A program made the translations under genes and the position numbers. A DNA stretch of 62,588 nt, counting the filler. It is 6 parts of 6 records of this genome, joined end to end, with 100 filler letters (N's around TTAATTAATTAA, not from the genome) between each part and the next. Parts side by side here need not be neighbours in the genome. Positions count along the whole stretch, not along the records: positions 40,475 to 55,459 come from SRR20825010_6855; positions 55,560 to 58,644 come from SRR20825010_6864; 4 more parts are not named here. One strand, given 5' to 3'. Shown in pieces: positions 47,366 to 57,717 of the stretch. How positions within the stretch are numbered: position 1 is the stretch's first letter; each line of letters opens with the position of its first letter. The notes beneath the pieces were generated by a model, which made no database searches, was not told where the DNA came from, and was given only the letters and a program-made list of their open reading frames with translations.

Positions 47366-47725
47366 TCAATCGAATGATCGCGTTGCAATAATCATGGATT
47401 GCAAATCTGCAATCGCACGCTCCATACGCTGCAATCTTTGATCCATTTCTTCCAGCTTCGCCATAACCGCATATGATTGGCCTGATCCGGCGGCAGCCAA
47501 AGGCGCAGGCGTTGCTATACCTGCACGCGTCACCACTTCGTCTGCCGGTGCTTTCAGCAAGCGCGCCAACATAGTCACATCACTGGGTGAAATTTCACGC
47601 TGATCTTTCCAGATTTCATCCACTTCTTCACGGGTAATACGAAGGGCGGAGGCCACATCGTCACGGCCCAGGCCTGCGGACTGGAGTTTCGCATCGAACC
47701 AATCCTGATCAAAAAACAAAGCCAT
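47366..47725 (-). CDS. XRE-like HTH protein with C-terminal coiled coil
   Basis: MALFFDQDWFDAKL...RDDVASAL...IWKDQRE pattern. Confidence 0.75.
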   Translation of the reverse strand: MALFFDQDWFDAKLQSAGLGRDDVASALRITREEVDEIWKDQREISPSDVTMLARLLKAPADEVVTRAGIATPAPLAAAGSGQSYAVMAKLEEMDQRLQRMERAIADLQSMIIATRSFD

Positions 47726-47746
47726 CGTTGCCGCCTAACAGATTTC

Positions 47747-48562
47747 CTATTTGCCGGTAAAAACCGGCGCACGCTTCTCCAGAAAACTCTGAACTCCCTC
47801 GCGGTGGTCCTCGGTCTGAAACAAACGCCCTAGCGTACCCGATACCCATGAACCAATCTCTCGCAGATCACCATATGCCGTGCGCCGCAATCCTTCTTTC
47901 ATGAAGCGCAATGCCAATGGTGGATTAACCGCAATGCGCGCGGCCATAGCCACCGCTCGCTCCATCAAAGCTTCATGCGGTGTCACCTCGCTGACGAGAC
48001 CGATCCGCAAGGCCTCACCCGCGTCAATCACATCGCCAGTAAACAGAAGTTCGGATGCCTTGGCTGGCCCCACAATCGCGGGTAGGCGCCAGAGCCCTCC
48101 AACATCAGAGATAAGCCCACGCTTGATAAAAATCTCGCCGAATTTTGCTTGCTCCGACGCAATCCGGATATCAGCAAAAAGCGTCAACTCCATACCCCAG
48201 CCAACAGCCGCACCGTTTACCGCTGCTATCACTGGTTTATCACACTCAAGCACTGCAACTGCCGCCGGTGTCGGCTCAGGTCGCACAGACGTCAGACGAG
48301 TGACGCTGGCATCCTTCTGCTCACCAGTCATCATCTCTTTCACGTCCTCGCCGGAGCAAAAGGCAGGGTCGATTGCTGTCACAATCACACAGCGCACATC
48401 AGGGTCTGACGCGGCGGCACGAAATCCCCATTCGATCTCGTCATAGGCGCGCCTGTTCAGCGCATTCCGCCGATCAGGTCGGTTGATTGTAATGGTGGCC
48501 ACATGGTCGCGCACTTCATAAAGAAGATGCACAAAATCATTCGTTGCAATTGGTGCGGACAT
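47747..48562 (-). CDS. Enoyl-CoA hydratase/isomerase family protein
   Basis: ITINRPDRRNAL, FCSGED, AVNGAAVGWG, EKRAPVFTG; start moved to ATG 48562 after a GGAGGG RBS. Confidence 0.9.
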   Translation of the reverse strand: MSAPIATNDFVHLLYEVRDHVATITINRPDRRNALNRRAYDEIEWGFRAAASDPDVRCVIVTAIDPAFCSGEDVKEMMTGEQKDASVTRLTSVRPEPTPAAVAVLECDKPVIAAVNGAAVGWGMELTLFADIRIASEQAKFGEIFIKRGLISDVGGLWRLPAIVGPAKASELLFTGDVIDAGEALRIGLVSEVTPHEALMERAVAMAARIAVNPPLALRFMKEGLRRTAYGDLREIGSWVSGTLGRLFQTEDHREGVQSFLEKRAPVFTGK

Positions 48563-48655
48563 AAACCCCTCCCCAGAGAATATCTTTGCACCCGAGCCTA
48601 GCGAACCGGACAGCGGGTACAAAGATTATTTCAACTGGAAAGAACTCCAAATGCC

Positions 48656-49459
48656 TCAGCCGAAATTGCCAAGCGCGTTTGCCCCTGCGTCACCCAGCTT
48701 GGAGCCACCATCGCAATCAATAATCGAGCCGGTAACGTATTTGGCATTGTCGGTGGAAAGAAAGAGCGCCATATCGGCGATGTCAGTCTTAGTACCGTAA
48801 TCACGCAACGCGATCTTAGATTTGATGGCAGCTTCCGCCTCCGGTGTCGTTGCCAGACGTGCCATACCTTCAGTGTCAGCAATCGGTCCGGGTGAAATCG
48901 CGTTGACGCGGACGCCGGCAGGCCCCCATTCCATGGCAAGGCATTTGGTCAGCATATTGATACCAGCCTTGGCCGCACAAACATGCGCCTGAAACACCGA
49001 CGGATTGACGCCTTGCGGCGCGGTAATTGAAATAAGCGATGCGCCAGGCCGGTTCAGATACTGAAAAGACGCACGCAAAACATGGAATGTACCGACAAGA
49101 TCGATATCGACCACTGTTCGAAAGCCGTTGGACGACATTCCAAGTGCCGGTGCCACAAAATTGCCTGCAGCACCCGAGATCACTATATCAACTTTGCCAT
49201 AAGCATCATGTGTCGCTTTCAGCGCCGCATCCACCGCATCGAAGTCACGCACGTCGGCGGCAATACCCATTGCCTCGAACCCTTCATCGGTGATGGTCTT
49301 AGCGGCGGCGGCGATCTTCTCGGCACTACGGCTGATAACAACAACCTTGGCTCCCGCCCGCGCGAAGTGCTGCGCAATGCCCAAATTGATGCCACTGGAT
49401 GCACCTGCCACAAAGGCCACTTTGCCCGCCAGCGCCTGATCCTTGAATGCATTTTCCAT
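48656..49459 (-). CDS. SDR oxidoreductase, 2,4-dienoyl-CoA reductase-like
   Basis: GASSGIN, GAAGNF, SSNGFRTVVDIDLVGTF, EWGP.GVRVN.ISPGPI. Confidence 0.88.
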   Translation of the reverse strand: MENAFKDQALAGKVAFVAGASSGINLGIAQHFARAGAKVVVISRSAEKIAAAAKTITDEGFEAMGIAADVRDFDAVDAALKATHDAYGKVDIVISGAAGNFVAPALGMSSNGFRTVVDIDLVGTFHVLRASFQYLNRPGASLISITAPQGVNPSVFQAHVCAAKAGINMLTKCLAMEWGPAGVRVNAISPGPIADTEGMARLATTPEAEAAIKSKIALRDYGTKTDIADMALFLSTDNAKYVTGSIIDCDGGSKLGDAGANALGNFG

Positions 49460-49631
49460 GATATTTTTGCTCCATCCCTGTCAAGATTGAAGCCATCAAG
49501 CCCATAATAGGGCGCTGGCACAAGTCCATTGATGTATATCTGCCGTTCGCGTTTGTCGTCCCCGATTTGAACCTGTAGATTGACGCCGCGTCCCACACAA
49601 TTACAGGCCCGAAATGGGGGAGTTGGAAATC

Positions 49632-50654
49632 ATGACGATCTTGAAAGTCATTGCAGCCATAACGGCCGCTCTGGCGGTGATTTTGGTCGTCAGCTATTGG
49701 TCCGCCGGACATTCGCGCTTGCTGCTCGACGACTCGATCCGCACCCGTTTACAGTCTGAGGGACATGCCTTCAGCTTTGTCACACTCACTGACGGCACGG
49801 TACATTACCGACTCGAAGGCCCGCAAGATGCACCTCTCGTCGTGCTAGTGCACGGCTTCTCTCTTCCCTCCTTCATCTGGGATCCTTACGTCGAACATTT
49901 GATACAGGCGGGCTATCGCGTTCTGGTCTATGACAATTACGGGCGCGGATTTTCCGACCGTCCTGACGGTCCATATAACGCAGATCTTTTTGACCGGCAG
50001 CTTGACGAATTGCTTGACGAATTGGCACCCGACACACAAGTCGACCTTCTCGGATATTCAATGGGCGGCGCCATCGCCACGATTTTCGCCGCACACCATC
50101 CCAAGCGAGTCCGCTCGCTTGTTCTGATGGCCCCGGCCGGGCTCCGCATTTCCAGCAACAATCAAAACGAGTGGATCACAAGACCTCTCATCGGTGACTG
50201 GTTCATCCGCATGTTCGGCCTGAAGCTCTTTCATGATCGCGCGGCGGAAGCTGCCAAGGGCACAGAGAATCCTGCAAATTTTCTCGCACGATCCGACCGG
50301 CAGATGGAATTCCGGCATTACGGCGATGCGCTACTATCAACGCTGCGCCACTTTCCGCTAACCGGTGCTGAAAAGGAATATGCCGAAGCCGGCACCAGCT
50401 CCCGTCCCGTTATGGTCATATGGGGAGAAGCCGACAACACGGTACCATTCTCCAATGCCAAGCGCCTGATGGAACTCATGCCGCATGCAAAGCTCTATTC
50501 TTTTCCAAAGGTCGGCCATGAAATCGGCACCGCAAAACCCGATCTTGTTCTCAGGCTTCTGATCGATTTTCTGAACGCGCATCACGATCAACAGCAAGGT
50601 TCCGAGCCACCTGCATTTCGTGTCCAGCCGCGCGCGCAGCCGACAGCAAACTGA
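49632..50654 (+). CDS. Alpha/beta hydrolase with N-terminal membrane anchor
   Basis: HGF, YGRGFS, GYSMGG nucleophile elbow, Asp and His motifs. Confidence 0.9.
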   Translation: MTILKVIAAITAALAVILVVSYWSAGHSRLLLDDSIRTRLQSEGHAFSFVTLTDGTVHYRLEGPQDAPLVVLVHGFSLPSFIWDPYVEHLIQAGYRVLVYDNYGRGFSDRPDGPYNADLFDRQLDELLDELAPDTQVDLLGYSMGGAIATIFAAHHPKRVRSLVLMAPAGLRISSNNQNEWITRPLIGDWFIRMFGLKLFHDRAAEAAKGTENPANFLARSDRQMEFRHYGDALLSTLRHFPLTGAEKEYAEAGTSSRPVMVIWGEADNTVPFSNAKRLMELMPHAKLYSFPKVGHEIGTAKPDLVLRLLIDFLNAHHDQQQGSEPPAFRVQPRAQPTAN

Positions 50655-50670
50655 TCCGGCATTTTCACTT

Positions 50671-52095
50671 ATGCATATAGAAGAAATCGCCTGGGCCGAG
50701 CCACATGAAATGTTTCATACCTTTGCCCATGAGCCATTTGCCCTTTTGCTTGACAGCGCAACAGCAGCGGCCGACACCGCTCCTTTTAGCCGCTGGAGCT
50801 TCATTTCCGTCGATCCATTCGACAATGTGGTAATCGGCAACAAGCAAACAAACACTTCCAATGCACAAAACCCGTTTGATGCATTGCGCACGAGATTGGA
50901 ACTGGATTCAACGACACTACCCAGCCATCCCGCTCTACCACCATTTACTGGCGGCGCCGCCGGTTTCTTTAGCTACGACCTTGCCAGCTATCTCGAACGA
51001 CTGCCCGATCCAATCGCACCTTTTGCAATCGACGACCAGTCACTACCCGCGATGGCGCTCGGCATCTACGACACGGTGATTGCATTCGACCATCACCAAC
51101 GCACTACGCAAATTATCTCATCAGGACTGCCAGAAAGATCATTGGAAGATCGGATGGTCCGCGCCCGCAATCGGGCACAAGAACTGCGCATTCGCCTTGA
51201 GAACAGGGAGACAAAAGATTGCTTCCGTCCAACTCCCTGCCCGCCTGTGAGATCAAATTTCACTAAAGAAACCTATGAGCGGGCAGTCTCTCGTATTATC
51301 GACTACATCAAAGCAGGTGATATTTTTCAGGCCAACTTCGCGCAGCGTTTCGAAAGTATTCTCGAAGAAGGTGACAGCGCCTATGATCTCTATCTGCGCC
51401 TGCGCGCACTAAGCCCCGCGCCGTTTTCGGCATTTTTCAATTTCGGCAGTGGCGCACTTGTTTCATCATCCCCCGAACGATTTCTCTTTTGTCGCAATGG
51501 TGAAGTTGAAACCAAACCCATCAAGGGAACCCGACCCCGTGGCATGACACCAAAGCAGGATGCCCAATTGGCAGCGGAATTATTGGCCTCAGAGAAAGAC
51601 CGAGCCGAAAATGTGATGATCGTCGATCTTCTACGCAACGATCTTTCACGCGTTTGCGCCGACCACTCGGTGACTGTCGAAAATCTCTGCGCGTTGGAAA
51701 GCTTTGCAAATGTTCACCATCTCGTCTCCACAGTCAGAGGGCAGCTGACCCCCGGCAAAAGCACCATCGACCTTCTCGAAAATGCCTATCCCGGCGGCTC
51801 AATCACCGGCGCACCAAAACTCCGGGCAATGGAAATTATTGCCGAACTGGAGCCGACCACACGCGGCCCCTATTGTGGCAGCATCGGCTATATCGGTTTT
51901 GACGGCACAATGGACACATCAGTCACAATCCGCACCATGATCGTAAAAGGTCGACGTGTAACTTTTCAGGCTGGCGGTGGCATTACAGCAGATAGCATTC
52001 CTGCAGATGAATATACCGAAAGCCTCGACAAAGCAGATGCCATGATGCGGGCGCTTGGACCAGTGGAGATCACACATGATCACGCTGATCGATAA
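50671..52095 (+). CDS. pabB: Aminodeoxychorismate synthase component I
   Basis: SSPERF, TKPIKGTRPR, KDRAENVMIVDLLRND, PGGSITGAPK. Confidence 0.93.
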   Translation: MHIEEIAWAEPHEMFHTFAHEPFALLLDSATAAADTAPFSRWSFISVDPFDNVVIGNKQTNTSNAQNPFDALRTRLELDSTTLPSHPALPPFTGGAAGFFSYDLASYLERLPDPIAPFAIDDQSLPAMALGIYDTVIAFDHHQRTTQIISSGLPERSLEDRMVRARNRAQELRIRLENRETKDCFRPTPCPPVRSNFTKETYERAVSRIIDYIKAGDIFQANFAQRFESILEEGDSAYDLYLRLRALSPAPFSAFFNFGSGALVSSSPERFLFCRNGEVETKPIKGTRPRGMTPKQDAQLAAELLASEKDRAENVMIVDLLRNDLSRVCADHSVTVENLCALESFANVHHLVSTVRGQLTPGKSTIDLLENAYPGGSITGAPKLRAMEIIAELEPTTRGPYCGSIGYIGFDGTMDTSVTIRTMIVKGRRVTFQAGGGITADSIPADEYTESLDKADAMMRALGPVEITHDHADR

Positions 52096-52663
52096 TTACG
52101 ACAGCTTTGTCCACAATCTGGCCCGCTATATCGGTGAGCTTGGCCATGCTCATGAAGTGATCCGCAATGACGCCATGAGTGCGACAGATGTGATCGCACG
52201 AAACCCCAATGCCATAATCATCTCGCCCGGCCCCTGCGGACCAGAAGCTGCTGGCATATCGATGGAACTTGTCCGGTTGGCCGCCAATGCGCGGATACCG
52301 CTACTGGGCGTCTGTCTCGGCCATCAAGCGATTGCCGCAGCTTTCGGTGGCCGTATCCTGCGTGCTGACCCCGCACATGGCAAACTGGCAATGATCCACC
52401 ATCAAGGACATGCGCTGTTCAACAAACTTTCTAATCCCTTCTCCGCCGCCCGCTACCACTCGCTTGTAGCAACGCTTGATCCCCAGGGACCATTACAGCC
52501 CATTGCACATCTCGACAATGGATTGCTGATGGGACTGGCGCATCAAAGTCGCCCGATTTATGGGGTACAATTTCATCCTGAGTCCGTTCTGACAGATGGG
52601 GGCCACCAGCTCCTGCAGAATTTTCTGGACCTTGGTGACCAAGCCGGAAGAATGAAAGAATGA
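52076..52663 (+). CDS. pabA: Aminodeoxychorismate/anthranilate synthase glutamine amidotransferase
   Basis: IDNYDSF, SPGP, GVCLGHQ, RYHSL, QFHPES. Confidence 0.92.
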   Translation: MITLIDNYDSFVHNLARYIGELGHAHEVIRNDAMSATDVIARNPNAIIISPGPCGPEAAGISMELVRLAANARIPLLGVCLGHQAIAAAFGGRILRADPAHGKLAMIHHQGHALFNKLSNPFSAARYHSLVATLDPQGPLQPIAHLDNGLLMGLAHQSRPIYGVQFHPESVLTDGGHQLLQNFLDLGDQAGRMKE

Positions 52664-53526
52664 CGACCTGGCTCAACGGAGAATTGCTGGAAGATGGGAA
52701 AGCGCGTATCGATCCGCGCGACCGCGGTTTTCTGCTAGGCGACGGCTTGTTCGAGACAATGCTGGCGCGCAAAGGGCGTATCGCCTTTCTCGACGACCAT
52801 ATTCTGCGTCTCGCAGCCGGCGGCAATATTCTCGGCATTCAACTACCTTTCCCGCCTGATCATCTGTCGGTTGCCTGCGCAATGTTGCTGGAGGCAAGCG
52901 ATCTGCTGGAGGCACCACGCGTCGCTTTGCGGATCACGTTGACAAGAGGCGTTGGGCCGCGGGGGCTTTTGCCGCCGGAACATCCCGAGCCGACATTGAT
53001 GATAACAGCCGCTTCGAGCCCGGAGCCGGTTGCATCGCAAACGGCCGCCCTCGCAACACCACGCCGCAATGCGCTTTCACCGTCTTCGCGCCTAAAGGCA
53101 TTGCCCTATCTCGACAATCTGCTCGCCCGCGAAGAAGCCCATGCGCGCGGGGCAGACGAGGCCATCATGCTCGACACATCGGGCCATCTGGCCTGTGCAA
53201 GTGTTGCTAATATTTTCCTTTGGGAAGGCGAAACGCTCGTCACACCGGCAGAAGAATGCGGCATCTTACCGGGCATCACGCGCGCGGCCGTGCTGGCACT
53301 CGCAGAGCGTCGGGGCATTGAGGCACGTGAGGAAATGATCCTGCCTGAGCGCCTCACCACTTGCGAAGGTGCCTTTCTCACAAACAGCCTGATGGGCATC
53401 ATGCCTTTGACACGCATCAATGAGCGCGAACTTGCACAGCAGCGTCTTACCGCTCGCCTTCAGTCTGCCTATGAATTGCTGCTCGATGCCGATGATGACG
53501 CAAATGCAAACGGGAGCGAAGACTGA
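52660..53526 (+). CDS. pabC: Aminotransferase class IV / aminodeoxychorismate lyase
   Basis: DRGFLLGDGLFET, ILPGITR; third gene of the pabB-pabA operon. Confidence 0.8.
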   Translation: MTTWLNGELLEDGKARIDPRDRGFLLGDGLFETMLARKGRIAFLDDHILRLAAGGNILGIQLPFPPDHLSVACAMLLEASDLLEAPRVALRITLTRGVGPRGLLPPEHPEPTLMITAASSPEPVASQTAALATPRRNALSPSSRLKALPYLDNLLAREEAHARGADEAIMLDTSGHLACASVANIFLWEGETLVTPAEECGILPGITRAAVLALAERRGIEAREEMILPERLTTCEGAFLTNSLMGIMPLTRINERELAQQRLTARLQSAYELLLDADDDANANGSED

Positions 53527-53557
53527 ACCTCGCTCCCGCCACGAGCTGAATTAAAAT

Positions 53558-53950
53558 TTATTCTGCGACAGAGAAGTCGCGACGCGCCGCTGTGATGGTG
53601 ACGGTAAAGCCGGCAATCACATCCAGCAAATTGAGCACAACGATCAGGAAGAAGACCGACGTGCCGAATTGCGGCAGCACGATAAACTGAACCAGCGCTA
53701 CCAGCAGGACCAACATAGAAAGCGCATGATTGATGATGGTGGAGGAACCCGTGCGTGTGGCATTGACCAGCTCCAAAAAGAGCAGCACAAGGCCAGCCGA
53801 GAGAAAAATATCACCCAGCTTGACGGTCCAGACAGCGCCCGACACCAGCGGCACATCAAATACCGCAGAATCCATGGTAAAGCCGGTCAGATAGACAACG
53901 GCATTATATGCAATGACGACCAGCGCCAGAAGAGGAAGCGAACCCAACAT
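53558..53950 (-). CDS. Small membrane protein (about 4 TM helices)
   Basis: Start moved to ATG 53950; hydrophobic helices; ARRDF C-terminus. Confidence 0.75.
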   Translation of the reverse strand: MLGSLPLLALVVIAYNAVVYLTGFTMDSAVFDVPLVSGAVWTVKLGDIFLSAGLVLLFLELVNATRTGSSTIINHALSMLVLLVALVQFIVLPQFGTSVFFLIVVLNLLDVIAGFTVTITAARRDFSVAE

Positions 53951-54152
53951 TTGAAACCCCCGTTCGGGCCTCTGCTTGCTTTTAGCGGCCCCGATTGATC
54001 GACAGTGTTTCACTCTAGCACAAAATGCCGCCCACGGCGTATTCTTGATGCCACGCATTCGGCAAAGATTTGCGACACCACCTCGCGTTGCAGCACGCCA
54101 CACCCACCTAAACCTTGAATCCGGCTTATATTCTGCCGGTCTGGACAAGCAG

Positions 54153-55241
54153 ATGACGAAACCGACGCCTTTATTCTTCTCACAATCCTATGCAGAGGCC
54201 CGACAGACGTTTCTGGAGGCTGCCCGTGGGGCCGGTGCGCATCTGACAAACCATATCCATCCCGAAAAGGCCCCCGATGGCCGTGAAATCGCGACAGATG
54301 TGGCACGCATTGGCGCACAGGACGCCCGCTGCATCCTCGCTATCGGGTCAGGCACACATGGCGTGGAAGGATATTGCGGATCAGGCATCCAGAGCGCCCT
54401 TCTCGCCACAGGTTTTGGAGACAATCTGCCAGATGACACAGCGCTGGTTTTTATCCACGCAATCAACCCCTGGGGCTTTGCATGGGGGCGGCGCGTCAAT
54501 GAGGACAATGTGGACCTGAACCGGAATTTCCTAGATCACAGCAAGCCGCATCCAAAAAATCCCGGCTATGAAGACATTTATGACGCACTCAACCTACCGG
54601 CACTATCGGAAGAAGCATTGAGTGCAGGCCGCACAAAAATGAAAGCCTATGCCGAAGCGCACGGGCCCGCGGCCTTGCAACATGCCTTGTCGGGTGGACA
54701 ATACGAATATGCCGAAGGTGTCCAGTTCGGCGGCACAAAACCCGTCTGGTCAAACACCAATCTGCGCAAGATCATTGGACAGCAAATGGGCACGGCGGCC
54801 CGTATCACCTATATCGATATTCATTCAGGCCTAGGGCCGCGCGGCCATGGCGAGGTGATTTCAACCGCACCGGAAACCGATCCATCTTTCAAACGCATGA
54901 GGGGCTGGTGGGGCAATATCGTCCATTCGACACAAGCGGCAAACTCAGTCTCGTCAAATGTGCCCGGCTCGATCACCGAGGTGTTCACGCAGGAATTGCA
55001 AGGCAAGGATGTAACACCCTGTGGCCTCGAATTCGGCACCGTGCCGATGAACCTCGTTGCCGCCGCGCTGGTGGCAGACAATTGGTTGCATCGCCATGGC
55101 GGTATGGAAAATCCTGCCGCCGCCGACATCAAACGGCAAATCCGCGATGCTTTCTATGTCGATGAGGATGACTGGAAAGAAGCAGTCTACGAGCAGACAC
55201 GCCGCATGGCGCAAATCGCACTGGACGAATTCCGGACATGA
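54153..55241 (+). CDS. DUF2817 / M14-like metallopeptidase
   Basis: SYAEAR, SGTHGVEG, NPWGF, DLNRNF, DIHSGLG; start moved to ATG 54153. Confidence 0.88.
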   Translation: MTKPTPLFFSQSYAEARQTFLEAARGAGAHLTNHIHPEKAPDGREIATDVARIGAQDARCILAIGSGTHGVEGYCGSGIQSALLATGFGDNLPDDTALVFIHAINPWGFAWGRRVNEDNVDLNRNFLDHSKPHPKNPGYEDIYDALNLPALSEEALSAGRTKMKAYAEAHGPAALQHALSGGQYEYAEGVQFGGTKPVWSNTNLRKIIGQQMGTAARITYIDIHSGLGPRGHGEVISTAPETDPSFKRMRGWWGNIVHSTQAANSVSSNVPGSITEVFTQELQGKDVTPCGLEFGTVPMNLVAAALVADNWLHRHGGMENPAAADIKRQIRDAFYVDEDDWKEAVYEQTRRMAQIALDEFRT

Positions 55242-55257
55242 CCACGATACCAAAACG

Positions 55258-55288
55258 AAAAACACCGGCTGAGACAGCCGGTGTTTTC
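55258..55288. terminator. Bidirectional intrinsic terminator
   Basis: AAAACACCGGCTG-AGA-CAGCCGGTGTTTT. Confidence 0.85.
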
Positions 55289-55314
55289 AATTCATCTGCG
55301 ATAATCGCGAAAGA

Positions 55315-55459
55315 TCAGATGTCGCCCTTGGGCTTCAGGATCTGACGGCCGCGATACATGCCGCTCTTCAGATCGACATGATGGGGGCGATGCAATTCGC
55401 CCGAATCCGCGTTTTCGACATAAGTCGGATTCTTCAGCGCGTCGGCCGAACGGCGCATC
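55315..55459 (-). CDS. rpmF: 50S ribosomal protein L32, 5' truncated (missed by ORF track)
   Basis: Reverse strand reads [47 protein letters not shown]. Confidence 0.92.
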
Positions 55460-55559
55460 NNNNNNNNNNNNNNNNNNNNNNNNNNNNNNNNNNNNNNNNN
55501 NNNTTAATTAATTAANNNNNNNNNNNNNNNNNNNNNNNNNNNNNNNNNNNNNNNNNNNN
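55460..55559. other. Artificial contig spacer
   Basis: N44-TTAATTAATTAA-N44. Confidence 0.99.
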
Positions 55560-55757
55560 ACCAACATAAACGAGACGCCCGCCGCCCCCTAGGCGACGTG
55601 CAATCCCATCAGCAGCTGTTGCCAGATCTTCCAAGACAGGACCCACCGAAGCAACAGCGCGCATTTGGCCTTCCCACAAGGCCATAAGGAAATCGGCGTC
55701 GGACCATTGATCCAACCCGGCAAATCGCGAATCAAAATCTTCTGTGCGTGATGCCAT
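55560..55757 (-). CDS. murQ: Partial N-acetylmuramic acid 6-phosphate etherase-like protein
   Basis: RTE...LDQW...EGQMRAVASV...GGRLVYVG; divergent from the GlcNAc operon; 3' truncated. Confidence 0.8.
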
Positions 55758-55781
55758 TTTTCCGTCTCCCTCACAAAATTA

Positions 55782-55799
55782 AATACCATTGTGATACCA
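55782..55799 (-). promoter_or_regulatory. NagQ-type tandem operator upstream of murQ
   Basis: Minus strand TGGTATC-N4-TGGTATT, 11-nt period. Confidence 0.65.
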
Positions 55800-55953
55800 G
55801 CGAGGCAAGTCCATTCGTGAATAAATTAACGAACCGACCACTCGAAACCACATTACTCATTGTAAATCATGTGTTTAAGTTGATTTTTGGATATTCCACC
55901 TCATCTCCTGCGTATATATACTGACTCCAAAGACAGACCACTGAACAATATAG

Positions 55954-55987
55954 TGGCGTTATATTGGTATTGATTTTTAAGATACCA
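55954..55987 (+). promoter_or_regulatory. NagQ-type operator upstream of the kinase operon
   Basis: TGGCGTT-N4-TGGTATT plus an inverted GATACCA at 55981. Confidence 0.6.
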
Positions 55988-56032
55988 CTCTGCTATGATC
56001 CGGCCACAAACAGGAAGGCAGTTAATCCAAAA

Positions 56033-56914
56033 ATGAACAACGAACGGCTTTATCTTGGTGTTGATGGTGGCGGAACACGCTGCCGTGTGCGCATCGCAAA
56101 CGCATCCGGCGATGTTCTGGGCGAAGCTGTGAGTGGCGGCGCCAATACCCGTTTGGGCATGGATCACGTTTTTGGTGAAATCATTTCCGCGGCATCATTG
56201 GCCCTTGAAAACGCTGGTTTAGACGATTCTTATCTTGGTAACCTTCATGCAGGCCTAGGCCTTGCAGGGCTTCCCCTTGAACGTGAACGTAAACTTGCCC
56301 ACGCCTATGCCCATCCATTTGCCAGCATTTGTTTTGCGACGGACGCCTATACAGCGTGCCTTGGCGCACATGACAGTGCAAATGGTGCGATCCTGATTGT
56401 TGGAACAGGAACCTGTGGTCAGGCCATCATTGACGGCCAAGAACTGTCAATTGCGGGCTGGGGGTTTGAAGTTTCCGATCTTGGCAGTGGCGCACGGATT
56501 GGACGCAATGCGATTGAAACCGCCCTTCTCGCCCATGAAGGCCTCGCCGAACAAACAGCCCTGACAACGGACGTTATGGCGAAGTTCGATCACAACCCTG
56601 AAAACATCGTGACCTTTGCTGAAACTGCACGACCGGCAGATTACGGCGCATTTTGTCCAATGGTCTTTGATGCCGAAGCCGCCGGTGATCAGACAGCCGC
56701 CTTGCTGATCCAAAATGCCGTTGCCGCCAATTTGCAAATTTTGCGCAAACTGGTTGCGTTTGGCGCAACACGCTTGACCTTGATGGGTGGTTTGTCTGAA
56801 CAAATGGCAAAGCGCATGCCCAGAGACATTTCTGACATGCTGGTTCCTGCAAAGTATGACGCCATGCATGGTGCGATCCTGATGGCGAAACAGCATGAAA
56901 GCATTGCAGCATGA
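56033..56914 (+). CDS. BadF/BadG/BcrA/BcrD-family N-acetylglucosamine kinase
   Basis: LGVDGGGT, LIVGTG, GWGF.VSDLGSGA; start moved to ATG 56033. Confidence 0.88.
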   Translation: MNNERLYLGVDGGGTRCRVRIANASGDVLGEAVSGGANTRLGMDHVFGEIISAASLALENAGLDDSYLGNLHAGLGLAGLPLERERKLAHAYAHPFASICFATDAYTACLGAHDSANGAILIVGTGTCGQAIIDGQELSIAGWGFEVSDLGSGARIGRNAIETALLAHEGLAEQTALTTDVMAKFDHNPENIVTFAETARPADYGAFCPMVFDAEAAGDQTAALLIQNAVAANLQILRKLVAFGATRLTLMGGLSEQMAKRMPRDISDMLVPAKYDAMHGAILMAKQHESIAA

Positions 56915-57672
56915 CCACGACGCAGGACATCATCGCAAATCTTCGCACCCGGGAGATCGAAAACACAGGGAATGGTCCGCTATATCGCCGTTTGCAAACG
57001 GCATTAAAGGCCGTGATTGATGATGGTATTCTGCAGGTTGATGATGCGCTGCCCAGTGAACGTGATCTCGCCAACGAGCTTAGCATCTCGCGGGTGACTG
57101 TCCGCAACGCGATGCGGGCGTTGGTTGAAGAAGGTGTTTTGGTTCAACGTCATGGTGCTGGAACATTTGTCGCACCACGTGTTGAGCAAGCTTTGTCTCG
57201 TTTGACATCTTTTACAGAAGATATGATCACGCGCGGCATGGATCCGGGTGCAATTTGGCTTGAGAAAACGATTGGCCACGCATCACCGGAAGAAGCCATG
57301 GCATTGAACCTGTCACCGGGCACAGAAGTGACCCGGTTGCGGCGTTTGCGTACGGCCAATGACAAGCCGATGGCACTTGAATATGCGGTTATTCCACGTG
57401 CCTTTTTGCCAAGCCCCGATGAAGTCGACAAATCGCTTTATGACGCGTTGGCAAGATACAATAAAAAGCCCGAACGTGCGCTTCAGCGTCTTCGGGCTGA
57501 ACTTTTTGATGGCGAAACCGCCAAAATCCTCGGCGTTCCTGATGGCAGTGCGGCACTTTATATCGAGCGGCGCTCATTCCTTGCCAACGGGACACCTGTG
57601 GAATTCACCCGGTCCTATTACCGGGGAGATAGTTATGACTTTATCGCTGAAATGCAGGTAGATGCCCGCTGA
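56911..57672 (+). CDS. GntR/HutC (UTRA) regulator, NagQ-like
   Basis: PLY, LPSERDLA...ISRVTVR, GAGTFV, SFTEDM, YRGDSY. Confidence 0.92.
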   Translation: MTTTQDIIANLRTREIENTGNGPLYRRLQTALKAVIDDGILQVDDALPSERDLANELSISRVTVRNAMRALVEEGVLVQRHGAGTFVAPRVEQALSRLTSFTEDMITRGMDPGAIWLEKTIGHASPEEAMALNLSPGTEVTRLRRLRTANDKPMALEYAVIPRAFLPSPDEVDKSLYDALARYNKKPERALQRLRAELFDGETAKILGVPDGSAALYIERRSFLANGTPVEFTRSYYRGDSYDFIAEMQVDAR

Positions 57673-57717
57673 CTTTAAATGTCGGGCACCTAGCAGATTA
57701 TTGAGGGAACACTGGAA

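Noticed and set aside
50671..53526. pabB-pabA-class IV aminotransferase as a secondary-metabolite cluster
   Set aside because: Standard folate-precursor operon with no tailoring or NRPS/PKS genes nearby
55315..55459. Cysteine-free L32 as a zinc-starvation paralog
   Set aside because: Zn-ribbon-less L32 is the usual form in many Alphaproteobacteria; upstream region is absent
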